Source of the DNA: Octopus vulgaris
Taxonomy: Eukaryota
Direction of reading: 5' to 3'
Assembly: GCA_951406725.2 (NCBI GenBank)
Contig: OX597815.1
Coordinates: 174,530,001 to 174,594,000, forward strand
DNA length: 64,000 nt
Part shown: in pieces, positions 12,625-24,586 of the stretch
Position numbering within the stretch: position 1 is the stretch's first letter
Layout: every line of letters starts with the position of its first letter
Translations under genes and position numbers: made by a program
Notes under the pieces: model-generated
Told to the model about the DNA's origin: nothing
Databases searched by the model: none
What the model saw: the letters and a program-made list of their open reading frames with translations, nothing else

Positions 12625-12848
12625 GTGTGGCCCTCGTTTTGAAATATGTAATCAAAGGTTTAAAAGTTGCCAAAGCTGAGTTTGATAGTGATGGTAATGC
12701 AACAGGACAATTACGGGAATTACTGGATTACCTGGAAGCCGTTGATACTTTAAAGCATTCAACAGATGACCAACAAGTGGCACGTCTTGTTGAGCAACAT
12801 CAGTTATCCTATGAGCATATACCAAGTATACATCTCAACTCCTCTGAG
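12625..12848 (+). CDS. RO60: Ro60/TROVE2-like RNA-binding protein, first visible coding exon (TROVE domain); upstream exons outside window
   Basis: ttcaag|GT acceptor, gag|gtaag donor. Translates (G)VALVLKYVIKGLKVAKAEF...LLDYLEAVDTLKHSTDDQQVARLVEQHQLSYEHIPSIHLNSSE, aligning with vertebrate Ro60 GLAIVTKYITKG...LLKYLEAVEKVK...[21 protein letters not shown] as recalled. Confidence 0.9.
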
Positions 12849-12905
12849 GTAAGACCAGCAATTATTTTTTTTATGTAATTTCACCACTGTTTAATCAATT
12901 AAGCA

Positions 12906-13000
12906 TTAACCCTTTTGATACCAACCCACCTGAGAACTCCCATGATTCTATGACACAAACTTCCTGTTTTAAAGTGATCTAAATTAAAGCTTTCCATTAT
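12906..13000. mobile_element. Truncated TTAA-target (piggyBac-like) MITE
   Basis: ttaa-cccttttgatacc...ttcctgttttaaagtgatct shared with copies at 29249, 33040 and 38206. Confidence 0.65.
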
Positions 13001-13154
13001 GAAGCATTATACAGAGATCAGAATATGTTGTGTTTATTTTGCAGTCTAGTCTCTTCATATATAACTAAAAATTATAATATATGAACATAGTATATTCATA
13101 TATAACTTTGTTAACATAGAACATTGGCATCCAGTAAGCCTTCATTCTCCCATA

Positions 13155-13454
13155 TTTACAAGGCGTCCCCAAAGTCCATCCCCTCCTCACCGTGGTGGGG
13201 ACGCTGGCAACGGGTAGTGTCAGAGCTATGCCATCGGGAACTTCAGTTCCTGGTAGGGCCACCCAAGGTGGATTGGTCTGACACCGAGTGGTATTAGGAC
13301 CACAACCCGGCAGACAGGGCTCTGGTAAAAATCCTCGGAGTGTCTGCTTCGGCAACTAGCAGCTCCTCGGTCGTTCTGTCCCTGTTCTGTCTGCGGACAA
13401 TCTGCGGCAAACAGGATGTCTCCACATGTGAGATTGTTGGGGACCGCTTGTGAA
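13155..13454 (+). other. GC-rich (~58%, counted by hand) highly base-paired element containing an RTE-5'UTR-like motif
   Basis: Multiple perfect helices (see findings); core agagctatgccatc...agggccacccaaggtggattggtc recurs at 43904-43959. Confidence 0.6.
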
Positions 13455-14654
13455 ATCCACATATTCCCACGAAACTTCTTCCATGAGTAGAAGAAGCTGA
13501 CTCAACCTGCCCAGGGTGAATGTCGCCACAAGTACAAGTACATATTTACAAGAGGCATTCATCAACCCTATATAGTTTGGGTATAAAGTTTGGTAGGGAA
13601 GCATAGTCAGTCTAATCAACCCAAGTATTTGACTGATGCTTATTTTATCAACATTGGAGAGATGAAGAGTAAAGTTGACCTGGTCTATGTTTGAACTCAA
13701 TATATAGTGATAATACTGTTAAACATTTAAAACTGATGGTATATCCTTTTAACTTCTTGATCGATCTTCAGTAAGTGAAAAATGGATAAGTTATATTAGC
13801 GTTCTGAAATGTTGCAAATGTATATATGTTACATCAACATTTACTTTCAAGGACTTTAGCTATAAAGAAGCTGTGTTTCTTGTATAGCGAAAAAGATTTT
13901 CAGTTTAACAATTTTTGTTTTACTATTTACATATGTTGGTGGGACATACAATCTGTTATGAGGCACAGAATGTTGCTTCTAATGGTTTATAAAATATTAT
14001 TTAGGTTTTGAAAAGTTAGGGGTTCAGACAGAGCTGGTTCAATATACAATAGATCCAATCAGTCAATTTCAGATTCAACTTACTTGTATTATTTCTGTGT
14101 TGTACAAGCCAGTATATGCTTGCAATGTATTTAGTCACATTGACACTGAAATCTATACCCTTTTACTCTTTTACTTGTTTCAGTCATTTGACTGTGGCCA
14201 TGCTGGAGCACCGCCTTTAGTCGAGCAAAATCGACTGTTTCCATAGGTATTCATGAAACTTCTGTCAGGACTTGTGACTAACAAACAGCATCAGCAATTT
14301 GAGAAACCAATGAAAACATAGTTTCCTGCCTTCAATTGGAAGGTCAACTGCCACAGTCATATATTAAAAACATAAGTGCCTTTCAAGGAGATTATTTGTA
14401 AAAGAAAGGGATATTTCCCCTTATAAGTGTATTAACAAAGTAACCAAACATAAACCAATTTCTAATTGAATTTATGTCTAGCATTAATAGTTTCATGATT
14501 TCTATCCTCTTTTTTATAGTAGTGGTGCAATGACTGCTTGTAAAATGTCTCCAGCCTCAGTATACTATTCTGCTGCCATAGAAATAGATGTCATTCTTGC
14601 CTCTCTGTTATCTTTGAAACATATGTGAATATCTTTGTTTATTATTATTATTAA

Positions 14655-14865
14655 GACAGTAAGCTGGCAGAATCGTTAGCATGTTGGGTGAAATGCTTTG
14701 TGGTATTTCATCTGTTGCTATGTTCTGAGTTCAAATTCTGCCAAGGTCGACTTTGCCTTTCATCCTTTTGAGGTCGATAGATTAAATACCAGTTGAGTAC
14801 TGGGGTCAATATAATCAATCTACTCCTCCCACAAAATTTCACACTTTGTGCCTATAGTAGAAAGG

Positions 14866-14909
<44 letters not shown>

Positions 14910-16158
14910 CACCATCATCATTATTATTATTATTAAGGCAACAAGCTGGCTGAATCATTAGCACACCAGTCAACATGCTTAGCAGCATCTTGTCCATCTT
15001 TATGATCTAAGTTCAAATTCTGCTGAGGTCAACTTTGCCTTTCATCCTTTCAGGGTCATTAAATTAAGTACCAGTTATGCACTGCAGTTGATGTAATTAA
15101 CTAGTCCTCTCCCCACAAATTTCAGACCTTGTGCCTTTAGTAGAAAGGATTATTATCATTATAATCAAGGCTGCAAGCTGGCAGAATCGTTAGTATGCCA
15201 GGCAAAATGTTTAGTGGCATTCTATCCATCTTTGTGATGATGATCATCATCATCATCGTTTAACGTCCGTTCTCCATGCTAGCATGGGTTGGACGGTTCG
15301 ACCGGGGATCTGGGAAGCCAGAAGGCTGCACCAGGCTCCAGTCTTATCTGGCAATGTTTCTACAGCTGGATGCCCTTCCTAACACCAACCACTCCGTGAG
15401 TGTAGTGGGTGCTTTTTACGTGCCACCTGCACAGGTGCCAGGCGAGGCTGGCAACGGCCACGGTCGGATTGGTGTATTTTATGTGCCACCGGCACGGAAG
15501 CCAGTCGAGGCGGCGCTGGCATCGGCCACACTGAGTTCAAATTCTGCCGAGGTCAACTTTGCCTTTCATCCTTTTGAGGTCAATGAAATAAGTACCAATT
15601 ACACACTGGGGTCGATGTAATCAACTTGCCCCACCTCAAAACTTCAGACCTTGTGCCTATAGTAGAAAGGATTATTATTATTATTATTTCTTTCAATTTT
15701 GTTTCCATTTCTTGCTGAGTGTCTTCTCAACTTGTAGGGCAAAGAAATTCACTGTATACATTGATAAGCCATTAAATCAAACATTTCAGATTGTTCATTT
15801 TCAAAATGAATTGAGGTTATGTGGGGGGGGGGGAACAAATCACATGGGTGGTAATCATTCTCAAAGCAACAATGCTCTTCTCAAAATGTGTAACATGTCA
15901 GTTAAAACAATCTTTTGCTCTTGTTGTTGTTGCTGCCGCTGTTGCCATCATTGTCATTGAGGCTGAAAGCTGGCAGAATTGTGAGCACACCAAGCAAAAT
16001 GCTTCTTCATGTTCTCAGTTCAAATTCTGCCATGGTTGACTTTGCTTTTCATCGGGGTGGGGGGGGATTAAATAAGTACCAGTTGAACACTGGAGTTAAT
16101 GTAATCAGTTTATCCCCTCCCTCGAAATTATTGGTCTTGTACCTATATTAGAAAGGAT
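14655..16158 (+). mobile_element. Cluster of four direct-orientation family-A tRNA SINEs (Nin-domain-like) with (ATT)n tails
   Basis: Copies at ~14655-14868, 14937-15152, 15169-15672 (interrupted) and 15961-16158. Each has agctggcagaatcgttag (A box), gagttcaaattc (B box) and gaggtcgactttgcctttcatcc...aagtaccag body. Confidence 0.9.
15236..15530 (-). mobile_element. RTE LINE 3' UTR fragment inserted inside a family-A SINE
   Basis: catcatcatcgtttaacgtccgttctccatgctagcatggg... homologous to 10189-10450; splits the SINE between its A and B boxes. Confidence 0.85.
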
Positions 16159-16233
16159 TATTGTTATCATTGTTATTGGTGCTGATATTTAATATTTGAT
16201 TCTCCTGCTTTGGTTTTCTTTTTGTAATTTTAG

Positions 16234-16385
16234 GTATGGAACACTCTTGCATATAGACTGCCTCTGCCTATGTTGTTACAAAATATTTCCAAGATCGCAA
16301 GTCAGGGTTTGTTAGAACCAACTAATGACACATCTAAACACATTATTGAACGACTAAAGAATACCGATGAAATCCTTTCTAGCAA
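16234..16385 (+). CDS. RO60: Ro60-like coding exon (TROVE domain)
   Basis: ttttag| acceptor, aa|gtgag donor. VWNTLAYRLPLPMLLQNISKIASQGLLEPTNDTSKHIIERLKNTDEILSS vs Ro60 [29 protein letters not shown]...; phase 0 in, phase 2 out. Confidence 0.9.
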
Positions 16386-16932
16386 GTGAGTTTAGAATAA
16401 AACTGGATTTGCTTTAAAAAGATATTGGTTCAGTTTGTTTCTTTTTGCTTTTTAGGATTTTTTTTTAATTTTATTTTATTAACATCAAATTTTCTAATAA
16501 CAGTAACATAAACATCATCAGTACATTTGGGAGCTATGCTATTTTCTAAATTGCATATTGTATTCTTAAAGTATTTTAGAGTTTGATTTGCAATTCAGTT
16601 TTTGTTTCCTTAAAAATGATTCTGCTAAAATATATTTGGAAACAGTCTAGCCAAAATGATATCAGCATTTAACCTTTGAATAATATTGATTGGCGGTGCC
16701 AGTCAGTTTGAATCTAATTCTTATTCTGCTTTCAGTTACTAGAATAGAAAACCAGTTTCCTTTATTTAAAACATAGACTACTAGACTTCTATTTGATAAA
16801 AATATTCATATCTCATTGTGACTTTGTGGGAGAACTCACTTAAGCAAAAATGGGCAACCCGCTAACTTAGAAATATAGAAATAATGAGCTGTAAAAGAAT
16901 CATTCCATTACCATGGTTTTGTTTTTTGACAG

Positions 16933-17059
16933 GATACATCCTTACTCAGTACTTATTGCTCTTCGTACATATGAACAAGGCAAAGGTTTACGGCGCAAAT
17001 GGAATCGCATCCCTCAAGTTGTAGAAGCTCTTAACTTCACGCTAAACACTGCTATTCAG
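16933..17059 (+). CDS. RO60: Ro60-like coding exon (end of TROVE domain)
   Basis: tgacag| acceptor, cag|gtaag donor. (K)IHPYSVLIALRTYEQGKGLRRKWNRIPQVVEALNFTLNTAIQ vs Ro60 [26 protein letters not shown]; phases compatible. Confidence 0.92.
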
Positions 17060-17539
17060 GTAAGGTATTTCCTCACTGAATTACTTCTTTAATAAAAACA
17101 TTGTAAGTGCAAGTTTGTAAGACAGAAGAACCTGGTTACTGAAAAGTGAAGATTGATGAATTAAAAAAGAAGAAATGAATATGATATTCTGAATGAATCT
17201 TATATTTTAAGAATTGCACTTTTGTTAGTAGAAGGATCATTAAAAATCAATATCATTTTGTATCTAAAAAAAATAAGAGAGACAATTGTAATTATGTAAT
17301 GACAATTTACCCCATGACAATGGATGTTTATCAGGCAACTAGTCTACACTAACAGTAATCATCTCAGCTGAGGTCAGCACTCAGCACACAACAATGGTTC
17401 AGTCTATATTTATGTTAATCACTATAAAGCAAGCACTGTTTATGTATGTAAACTGTTATCACTGGGCCAAACACTCCTATGGTATTACTGCTGGAATAAG
17501 ATAACCCAACAGTGTAAGTCAGACAAATACTGAATATTG

Positions 17540-18770
17540 GCTTAACAAAACATCAACTTTGGTATGGTGAATATGAAAACAGTGTATTACATAATGGGAC
17601 ATGACAGTCTGTGCATATATATCTCATCTCTTTGTGGCGACTGTGCACTGCACACACAGCACATCATTTTGACATGTTCTTTTATTTGGTTGGTGGAATT
17701 GCAAGGGAAACATGTCCATGTCCCTTGATGATTGGGCGCAGGGTAGGACCAGCATGTGAATGCCCCCATGAACAGTATGGTTGAAAATCCAAAACTCCTA
17801 TTATTTCTTTCACAAGCAACTCACAAAATATTAGTCCATCTCACACACCACCAAGCACTTGCCATATCAAAAACGAATTTACCAATGTCATGTCTACCAT
17901 GTATAAAAAAAGCTTCTTATACCATTTCACAAATTTGTACACTGATTTGTGTGTTGACACCAGTTGATCAGAATTATCGATGCCATTTATTGTGTGATTG
18001 TACACCAACACCAAAGTCAGTATCATTATTGGATTTCCGGTCTCACTCTTGTAATCACCAATACCACAGTTTTAAAATTATTATGGTGATGAAGCCTCAA
18101 AATGAGTTGGAAATATTTACATAAGAAATCTAACAAGCCTATCAGATTCCTTGAAATTTGCAAAATGGCCTCTATACATACCAACACTGAGTGATAGTGG
18201 ATATTTACACCAACCAGCACAAAAACCAGGGTATATAAAGCCATTTATATTTAAACTATCAGATTTAAAGCAAGTACACAGCATGCATAAATTTACATCA
18301 GCTGATGTCATTGGGGTTAATGACATCTGGAATATACTTTATAGTTCTTCGTTTGGTGGATGAATTCAAGTAAAGAAATTGTATTGTGCATATTAACAGA
18401 AGATTGTTTCTTTATTAAACCTAACTAAACACAAAACTCTCCCATCTTAGCAATTTTTGCTAACCACTCACTAAAATTCAGTATGGTTGAAAATTCCAAA
18501 CTTCTATTATTTCTTACACAAGCAACTAAGAAAATGTTAGTCCATCTCCCACACCACCAAGCATATGCCATATGAAAAGCGAATTTACTAATGTCATATC
18601 CACCACATATAAGAAAAGTTTCTCATACTGTTTCACAAATTTGTGCACTGATTTGTGTTGACGCCAGTTGATCAGAATCATCAACACCACCTCTTGTGTG
18701 ATTGTACACCAATCTCACAGTTGGTTTCATTACTGGACTTCCAGTCTCATCTCATAACCATATCGTATGG
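17540..18770 (-). pseudogene. Decayed piggyBac transposase fragments with an internal ~285-bp duplication
   Basis: YNHT..G.DNSDQL...KWYKKLFLYMVDM..VNSF (third catalytic Asp region) plus Cys-rich C-terminus CCVC; 17774-18060 is duplicated at 18479-18760. Confidence 0.75.
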
Positions 18771-19743
18771 TGGGTAGGGGTTTGCATCATAAAAGATTGC
18801 ATTCCTCTGCAAAAATGGTTTTCTGACACAGGATGCTGATTGAATAGTTAAAAGCAAATCAATACTGTATCTGCTAGTATACAAGTTACTATAGTACACA
18901 GTGTAAGCATACAATCATTGTAACTATTTTTCCAAATTCGACTATATTTCATATGAAACGTCTGGTCATCCAAAGTCATTTTGGTGTATAAGCCAACAAT
19001 ATGGTTGTAAATTTATGGTATAAAAAATTTGATTTGTTTGTTGGAAAATACAATAGTTTATCAACCAAGGCAATACCTGAAATTTTTATTCATTCCAAAT
19101 ATTAACTAGCTTAAGTTAACCACACATTAATTTTTAATTTATTCACTCCAATTTGAATTAATACAGTTGAGTCCTTCCAATGTTTCTACATTTAACCAAT
19201 ATTGTGGCATCTAATTTCTTCATCAATGGAAGATAATTAAAGAAATTAAATTCTCCAAATATTGATCACTGAACTTATCTAAACAGTAATAACCACAGAT
19301 GAGTCCTACACCATCCCACAATATAACCAATATTGTGACTTTTTCCTTTTCTCATCATAGAAAGATGATTAATGAAATTGAATTCCATCAACCGTCACCA
19401 TTGGACTGATGTAAAGAAGGATAACTCTTGAATGTTTCTTTGAAGCAATTGTCCTCATCCACATGTTAAGATTCTATAAAGATTACTTAGAAAAATAGCT
19501 TGCTTGATAAATATCTATATATCTTCTGATAGTCAATATTCCTTTTCAGTGTATATTTGTAGACTCTGACACATATAGGCACATTCTTTATTTTCTCTCT
19601 CTTGTAATTGATGTCTTCAACTTCACAACTGATTTAATATTACTTCATTCAAACTCCATTTTCTATTTTTTATTTTAATTAAATTCATTTAGCCTAAATA
19701 CTTGATAATGAATTTAATTTTTGTTAAAATCTTTTCTTAATAG

Positions 19744-19989
19744 AATGTGCCACGCACCGGTAAACGCTTTCTTGTTGCTGTAAAGGCAGACGACAATGTA
19801 TTCCGCAATGCAGTCCGAGGAGCACCAGTCATCTCTACAAAACTGGCTGCTGCCTTAATGTCAATGATTATTGCACACAAAGAAGATGACTTTCAACTAC
19901 TATTGTTATTGCCAGCGGTTGCACTTAATTTAAAAATTACACCAAATATGCAGCTCTCAGAAATTTGTGATCTAATTTGCAGTTTCCCA
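19744..19989 (+). CDS. RO60: Ro60-like coding exon (start of vWA domain, degenerate MIDAS)
   Basis: aatag| acceptor, cca|gtgagt donor; 82 codons NVPRTGKRFLVAVKADDNVFRNAVRGAPVISTKLAAALMSMIIAHKE...ICSFP vs Ro60 TVEPTGKRFLLAVDVSASM...AAAMCMVVTRTE. Confidence 0.9.
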
Positions 19990-20100
19990 GTGAGTGCCTC
20001 AAATTTGTTATTCTTAACTCATTCATAATTACCTTCTGTTTATATTAAATAAGTTTCTATCATGGTCACTGTATTTAATGTTGTTTCTCTCTATTTATAG

Positions 20101-20270
20101 TTGCTGCAAAATGCTAGAGATCTGTCTTTGCCTGTCAAGTGGGCCATTGCTAAAAAATCCCTTATTGATGTATTTCTTGTGATTACTGATTGTAGAGAAT
20201 GCATCAGTGATATTTCTCCAGGAGAAGCTATGAAATTGTACAGAACAAAAATGGACATGCCTAATGCAAA
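20101..20270 (+). CDS. RO60: Ro60-like coding exon (vWA domain)
   Basis: ttatag| acceptor after a 111-nt intron, aa|gtaat donor. LLQNARDLSLPVKWAIAKKSLIDVFLVITDCRECISDISPGEAMKLYRTKMDMPNA vs Ro60 GGTDCSLPMIWA...DVFIVFTDNE...ALREYRKKMDIPAK. Confidence 0.9.
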
Positions 20271-20422
20271 GTAATATATTTTCTCTGTATAATATGTTGT
20301 ATATCATCATCGTCATAGTCATCATCATCATTATTATCATCATCATCATCATCTAATGTCCCATGTTCCATGCTGGCATGGATCAGATGGTTTAGATAAG
20401 GATCTTTCCCAGGTTATATAAA

Positions 20423-20632
20423 CTCATGGGGCCAGTTTCCCGGTTTCTGTGGCACATACATTTTCCCATGATGGAATACCAGTCCATTGCAGGATTACTC
20501 ATTTTTGCTAGCTGACTCGTCTGGAGCAACGTGATATAAAATGTTTTGCTCAAGGACACCACACGTCATCCGGTCCAGGAATCAAAACCACAATCTTAGG
20601 ATCACAAGTCCAACACCCAAACTCCTAAGCCA
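20423..20632 (-). mobile_element. tRNA-derived SINE (family C-related), nested in an RTE 3' UTR fragment
   Basis: catggggccagtttcccggtttctgtgg matches the reverse complement of the 42551 SINE tail; flanked by RTE 3' UTR pieces (~20330-20400 and ~20635-20770). Confidence 0.65.
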
Positions 20633-21199
20633 AATAGGATCTGGTGAGTCCTAGGACTGCATTCATGCTCCACTATCTACTTTAATATGGTTTTCTTGCC
20701 AACCACGCTACAGTGTGTACTGAGTGCTTTTTTTCCCCCTGCTGCTGGCACTATTGAGGTTGCCATCCAGCTCACAAGTGTACAAAACTCAAGGAGAGTG
20801 GTGGCAGGGGGGGACAGGTCCTTATGCTAAATGAGATTAAAGTATGAGAGAAGAGGTTGAAGTAGAGCAGCTTCTTGTTGTAGAGGAGCTACATTGCTAC
20901 TCACATTCAGGGGAAAAGGCAAGAATAGATCAGTAGTAATTGCAAGGAGATAAAAAGTTGTGATGAGGTGCCCAAATGCCACCTCAAGGTATGAGGTGAG
21001 AAGTGACTCAGTGTCCAGGTAGTACCTCAGTGATAACACACTATTTTAAAGACAGTGTATTTAGTACTGACATTGGAGTTAATTGTATTTGATCTTTAAT
21101 TAGTGCATATTCTTGTATATATGTGTTTATTGAAATTTATCATTGAAATTAAAGTACCAAATATTTAACAGAATGTAAGCATGTGTTAACAGAGCCCTT

Positions 21200-22040
21200 G
21201 CTGTCCCTCATTCTATTTACTCCAGTAAATCCAAAGTTTGATTTTGTGCCTCAGTCCCTTCCTTCTGTAAATCAATAACTTGCTGTCACATCCAAACAAC
21301 CCTTCTTACAGAGCTGCCATTCATTCCTTCCTGACATCCCCCAACCATGCTTCATCCACTTGCAACCTACACACCTCACACCAAACCTACACTGATTCCA
21401 TGTACAATGTCTTTGAAAGCTTCTCCCAATGGAGATATGTCAATCTTGTTTTCAATAGCAAGAAAACACAAATGTTAATCTTCAAAACAAAAAGACATCA
21501 TTGTACTCCTACCCACTAAGCTAGAGCTTTCAAAATCACTCCAGTTGTGTTTCACTTTCGCCAAGAATCTTTCTTGGCAAAAACAAATTCTTAGCCTGGA
21601 TTTCATCTTAACAACTAGCCCTTGTCTTCAAGGCCAGAAGACACTTTATCCCTCAACAGTTATTGATACTCTTAAAGGCTCGAGTGAGGCCTACAACAGA
21701 GGATTACTCTCACATCTGGGACACTGCTGCTGCTACACAACACACACAGATATCCTAGAATGTATCCAGAAAAGGATTGCTCACCTAATTAGTATGAAGA
21801 CACTTCCAGATACATTCTAGCCTCTGGCCTACGTGTACACTATTTCCTCTGCCTTTTTTACTGTAACTGTAAATGGCCTCTGAACCTCAGTACTATCTGG
21901 GCTCTTTCCATGTCCACTCAGGCATTGCCAGACTACTTGTTTCTACTCCTCTCATCACACAGGCTCTACACCAGTCACTATACCCATTTCTTCTTTCCCA
22001 GAATATCAACCCTCTGTAATTCCCACCCTGCTCATATTCT
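21200..22040 (+). mobile_element. Decayed CR1/Jockey-group LINE RT C-terminal remnant
   Basis: W..VNLVFNSKKTQ, LSWQKQI, YSHIW and LECIQKRIAHLI motifs across frameshifts. Confidence 0.6.
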
Positions 22041-24453
22041 TCCTTAAAAACATACCCAGTCTGCTATACAACCAGAAGGAAGTCTAAATGAAAAGAAATA
22101 TTTTTAAGAAAAGAGCATATAAAGACCACTATTTTTATTAAGTCAAGCAACCATGTGGAGACACTATCATTCGCTCACACACACATATGTATATGTATGT
22201 ATGCATACATAAGATAGTTGAGTAAGATTTCACAGCTATTCTGCCAGGTTCAAAGATTTGGCTGTGTGAGCAATATGCATTATTTTTTGCAATGTTAATA
22301 TTGCATCATCATCATCATTTACTGTCCAATGTCCATGCATGTTTACTTTGACATGGTTTCTAAGGTTGGATACCCCTCTTAATGCCAACCACTTTACAGA
22401 GTGTATTGGGTTGTTTTGTTTTTTTTTCATGCCACTAGCACTAGTGAAGATTACCTCATAACTTCCAGGGCTGAAACATAAAGTGGCTCCTCTAACTGAG
22501 GGAGAACAAAAGAGAGAGGGTGCAATGTTCTGAATGGGATGAATGAGAGTGCATTGATTCTAGATTTGGGTAAGATGAGAGGAACAGATTTATAGTTGTG
22601 ATAGAGTGATAATAGAAAGAGTAACAGAGTAGTAGAATAGGAAGTATTTAGGAGAGAGCATGGTAGGGGACAGGAGAAAGGCATCTTGTTAATAGCAAGG
22701 GTTATAGAGAAAAACGGAATAGAGAGTATGAACAGAAGTTGAGAAATCTTGAGAGATATGTGTGTGTGTATTTTTATAACATTTTCAAGTCTCCCTGTTA
22801 GAATGAGTTTGACAGTTCTTCATATCTGGAGTTTTGCATAAATGACAAGAAAAAGTGTTTAAAGTTTGATGCTATATGACTTTTAGTAAGTTATGTAGCT
22901 ATTTAAAACGAGAGTAATAGCTACACCTCTAAATATAGTTTGAACTGTTTTCTGGCAGTGCTCCAACATAGCCAGAACAACAGTAATTTGAACTAAGAGA
23001 ATAAATTTAGCCATTCATGTATAAATTTGACACATCTTTGACAAATTAATCATTCTTGTCAAACTGTTTCCTTGCTTTAAATTACACACTCCTCTTTAGT
23101 AATTGAGCAAAACTTAAACTAGAAACTGATAAACCCCTGATTCTCTGAAAATATTAAAATTCTGGTTGGGACAATATTGAATATTGATGACAATGAAGAT
23201 AGTGGTAATTCTGTTGTACAAGTCAATTATTAGATCTCTTATAATATCTTTGGGTCAGCTAGTATATTTCTGGTTGAAGAAACAAAGCTAAATAGTAACA
23301 AAGTAATTTAAAGGTTACAGTCCAAATTAACTATTAATCTTAGTAATATTTAACTTTGGAAGATTCAGATTATTTTAGCAGCGCTACTATAATTTTATAT
23401 AAAATATATATTTAGTTGCCTCACCCAGATATGAACTTCAAAGTGATTTTTACTTCTTTAAATACAAAAATATAAAAGTGACTTTAAATTATCACCATGT
23501 AGTTTTAGTATACAACTTGCTTTGTACTTTGTATGTCTTTGACTAAATTCCAATTGTCATGATATTAATTATGCAAAGGCATATTACCTTTTGTGCTGGA
23601 GAGATATATTCTCCTAAGATTTATTACATAGACACAAGGTTGCATATTTTTAGAAGAAAGAGTAAATGAGAATGTATGGTCCTCATGCCTTCCTCTATGA
23701 CAGTAACAGCATGAGTGAAGGGAAAAGTTACATTCCCAGTGTTCAGCTTGCCACATTGAACAGCCAAGGGATCATTCCTCTCCATTTTTTCTGATTGACA
23801 TTTCATGTTTTACTACCATTTATAAGTTATTTTAGAAACTACAGATCATGTGGCCTATTGTAAATGTTTCTTCATATTAATCTGTTTTTGTAGACTTATG
23901 TTAGGGCTGAATAACTTTCACAGCCATCATAGCTTTACAAAATTCATCCCCATAAATGTTTGGTATTTATTTTGTTACTCCCAACAATCAGAAGGAAAAA
24001 AACCATGAAAACCTAATTGAACCTTGAGAAGGTTTCAACTAGAATCCATGAAGCCTCAAATTCCCTAAAAATATTAAAATCTTATGGGTGACAATACTGA
24101 TTATTGTTGACCAGAAAGAGAGTGATAATTCTGTTGTATAGTTTGTCAAAATAGCTACATGTAACTTGATGGCATTTTCTTTTGAAAGAGAGAAATTCTA
24201 GTCAAATCACAGAGAAAGTCGTTTTCTTTTGCAATTTTTTAGTGTGTGTGTGAAGATGGTCATTTATTCATATTTATATGAATGAATACTGAAAATATTA
24301 GTAATAGTAATAGACTTATTAATAACAGATATAACATTTATACATACCTTATTTTACAAACAATTGTTTTCCATACACATGAATATTGTATATTTATTTA
24401 TAAACATTAATACTGTTGTCAGTTTGATTTACTTCAATACTTTATTATTTCAG

Positions 24454-24586
24454 GTATATTAACTGTGCTATATCCACCAATAGATTAAGATTTGCTGACC
24501 CATCTGATAATGGCATGTTAGATGTTGCTGGTTTTGATGAGAATGCACCACGTGTCATCCATGATTTTGTTTTAGGAAATCTCTGA
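24454..24586 (+). CDS. RO60: Ro60-like terminal coding exon with TGA stop
   Basis: tttcag| acceptor. (K)YINCAISTNRLRFADPSDNGMLDVAGFDENAPRVIHDFVLGNL* matches the Ro60 C-terminus (IADPDDRGMLDMCGFD...VIRNFTLDMI*). Confidence 0.93.

Noticed and set aside
13065-13700. Overlapping minus-strand ORFs (96, 78 and 114 aa) as protein genes
   Set aside because: No recognisable domains; the open frames are explained by the local high GC content of the structured element.
14655-16158. tRNA genes
   Set aside because: The A/B boxes belong to SINE heads followed by shared bodies and tails; no intact cloverleaf. The same applies to 42551 and 57700.
23140-24140. Two ~75-bp similar segments (near 23145 and 24065) as duplicated alternative exons of the Ro60-like gene
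   Set aside because: Diverged, with no Ro60 homology or paired splice sites; more likely old TE debris.
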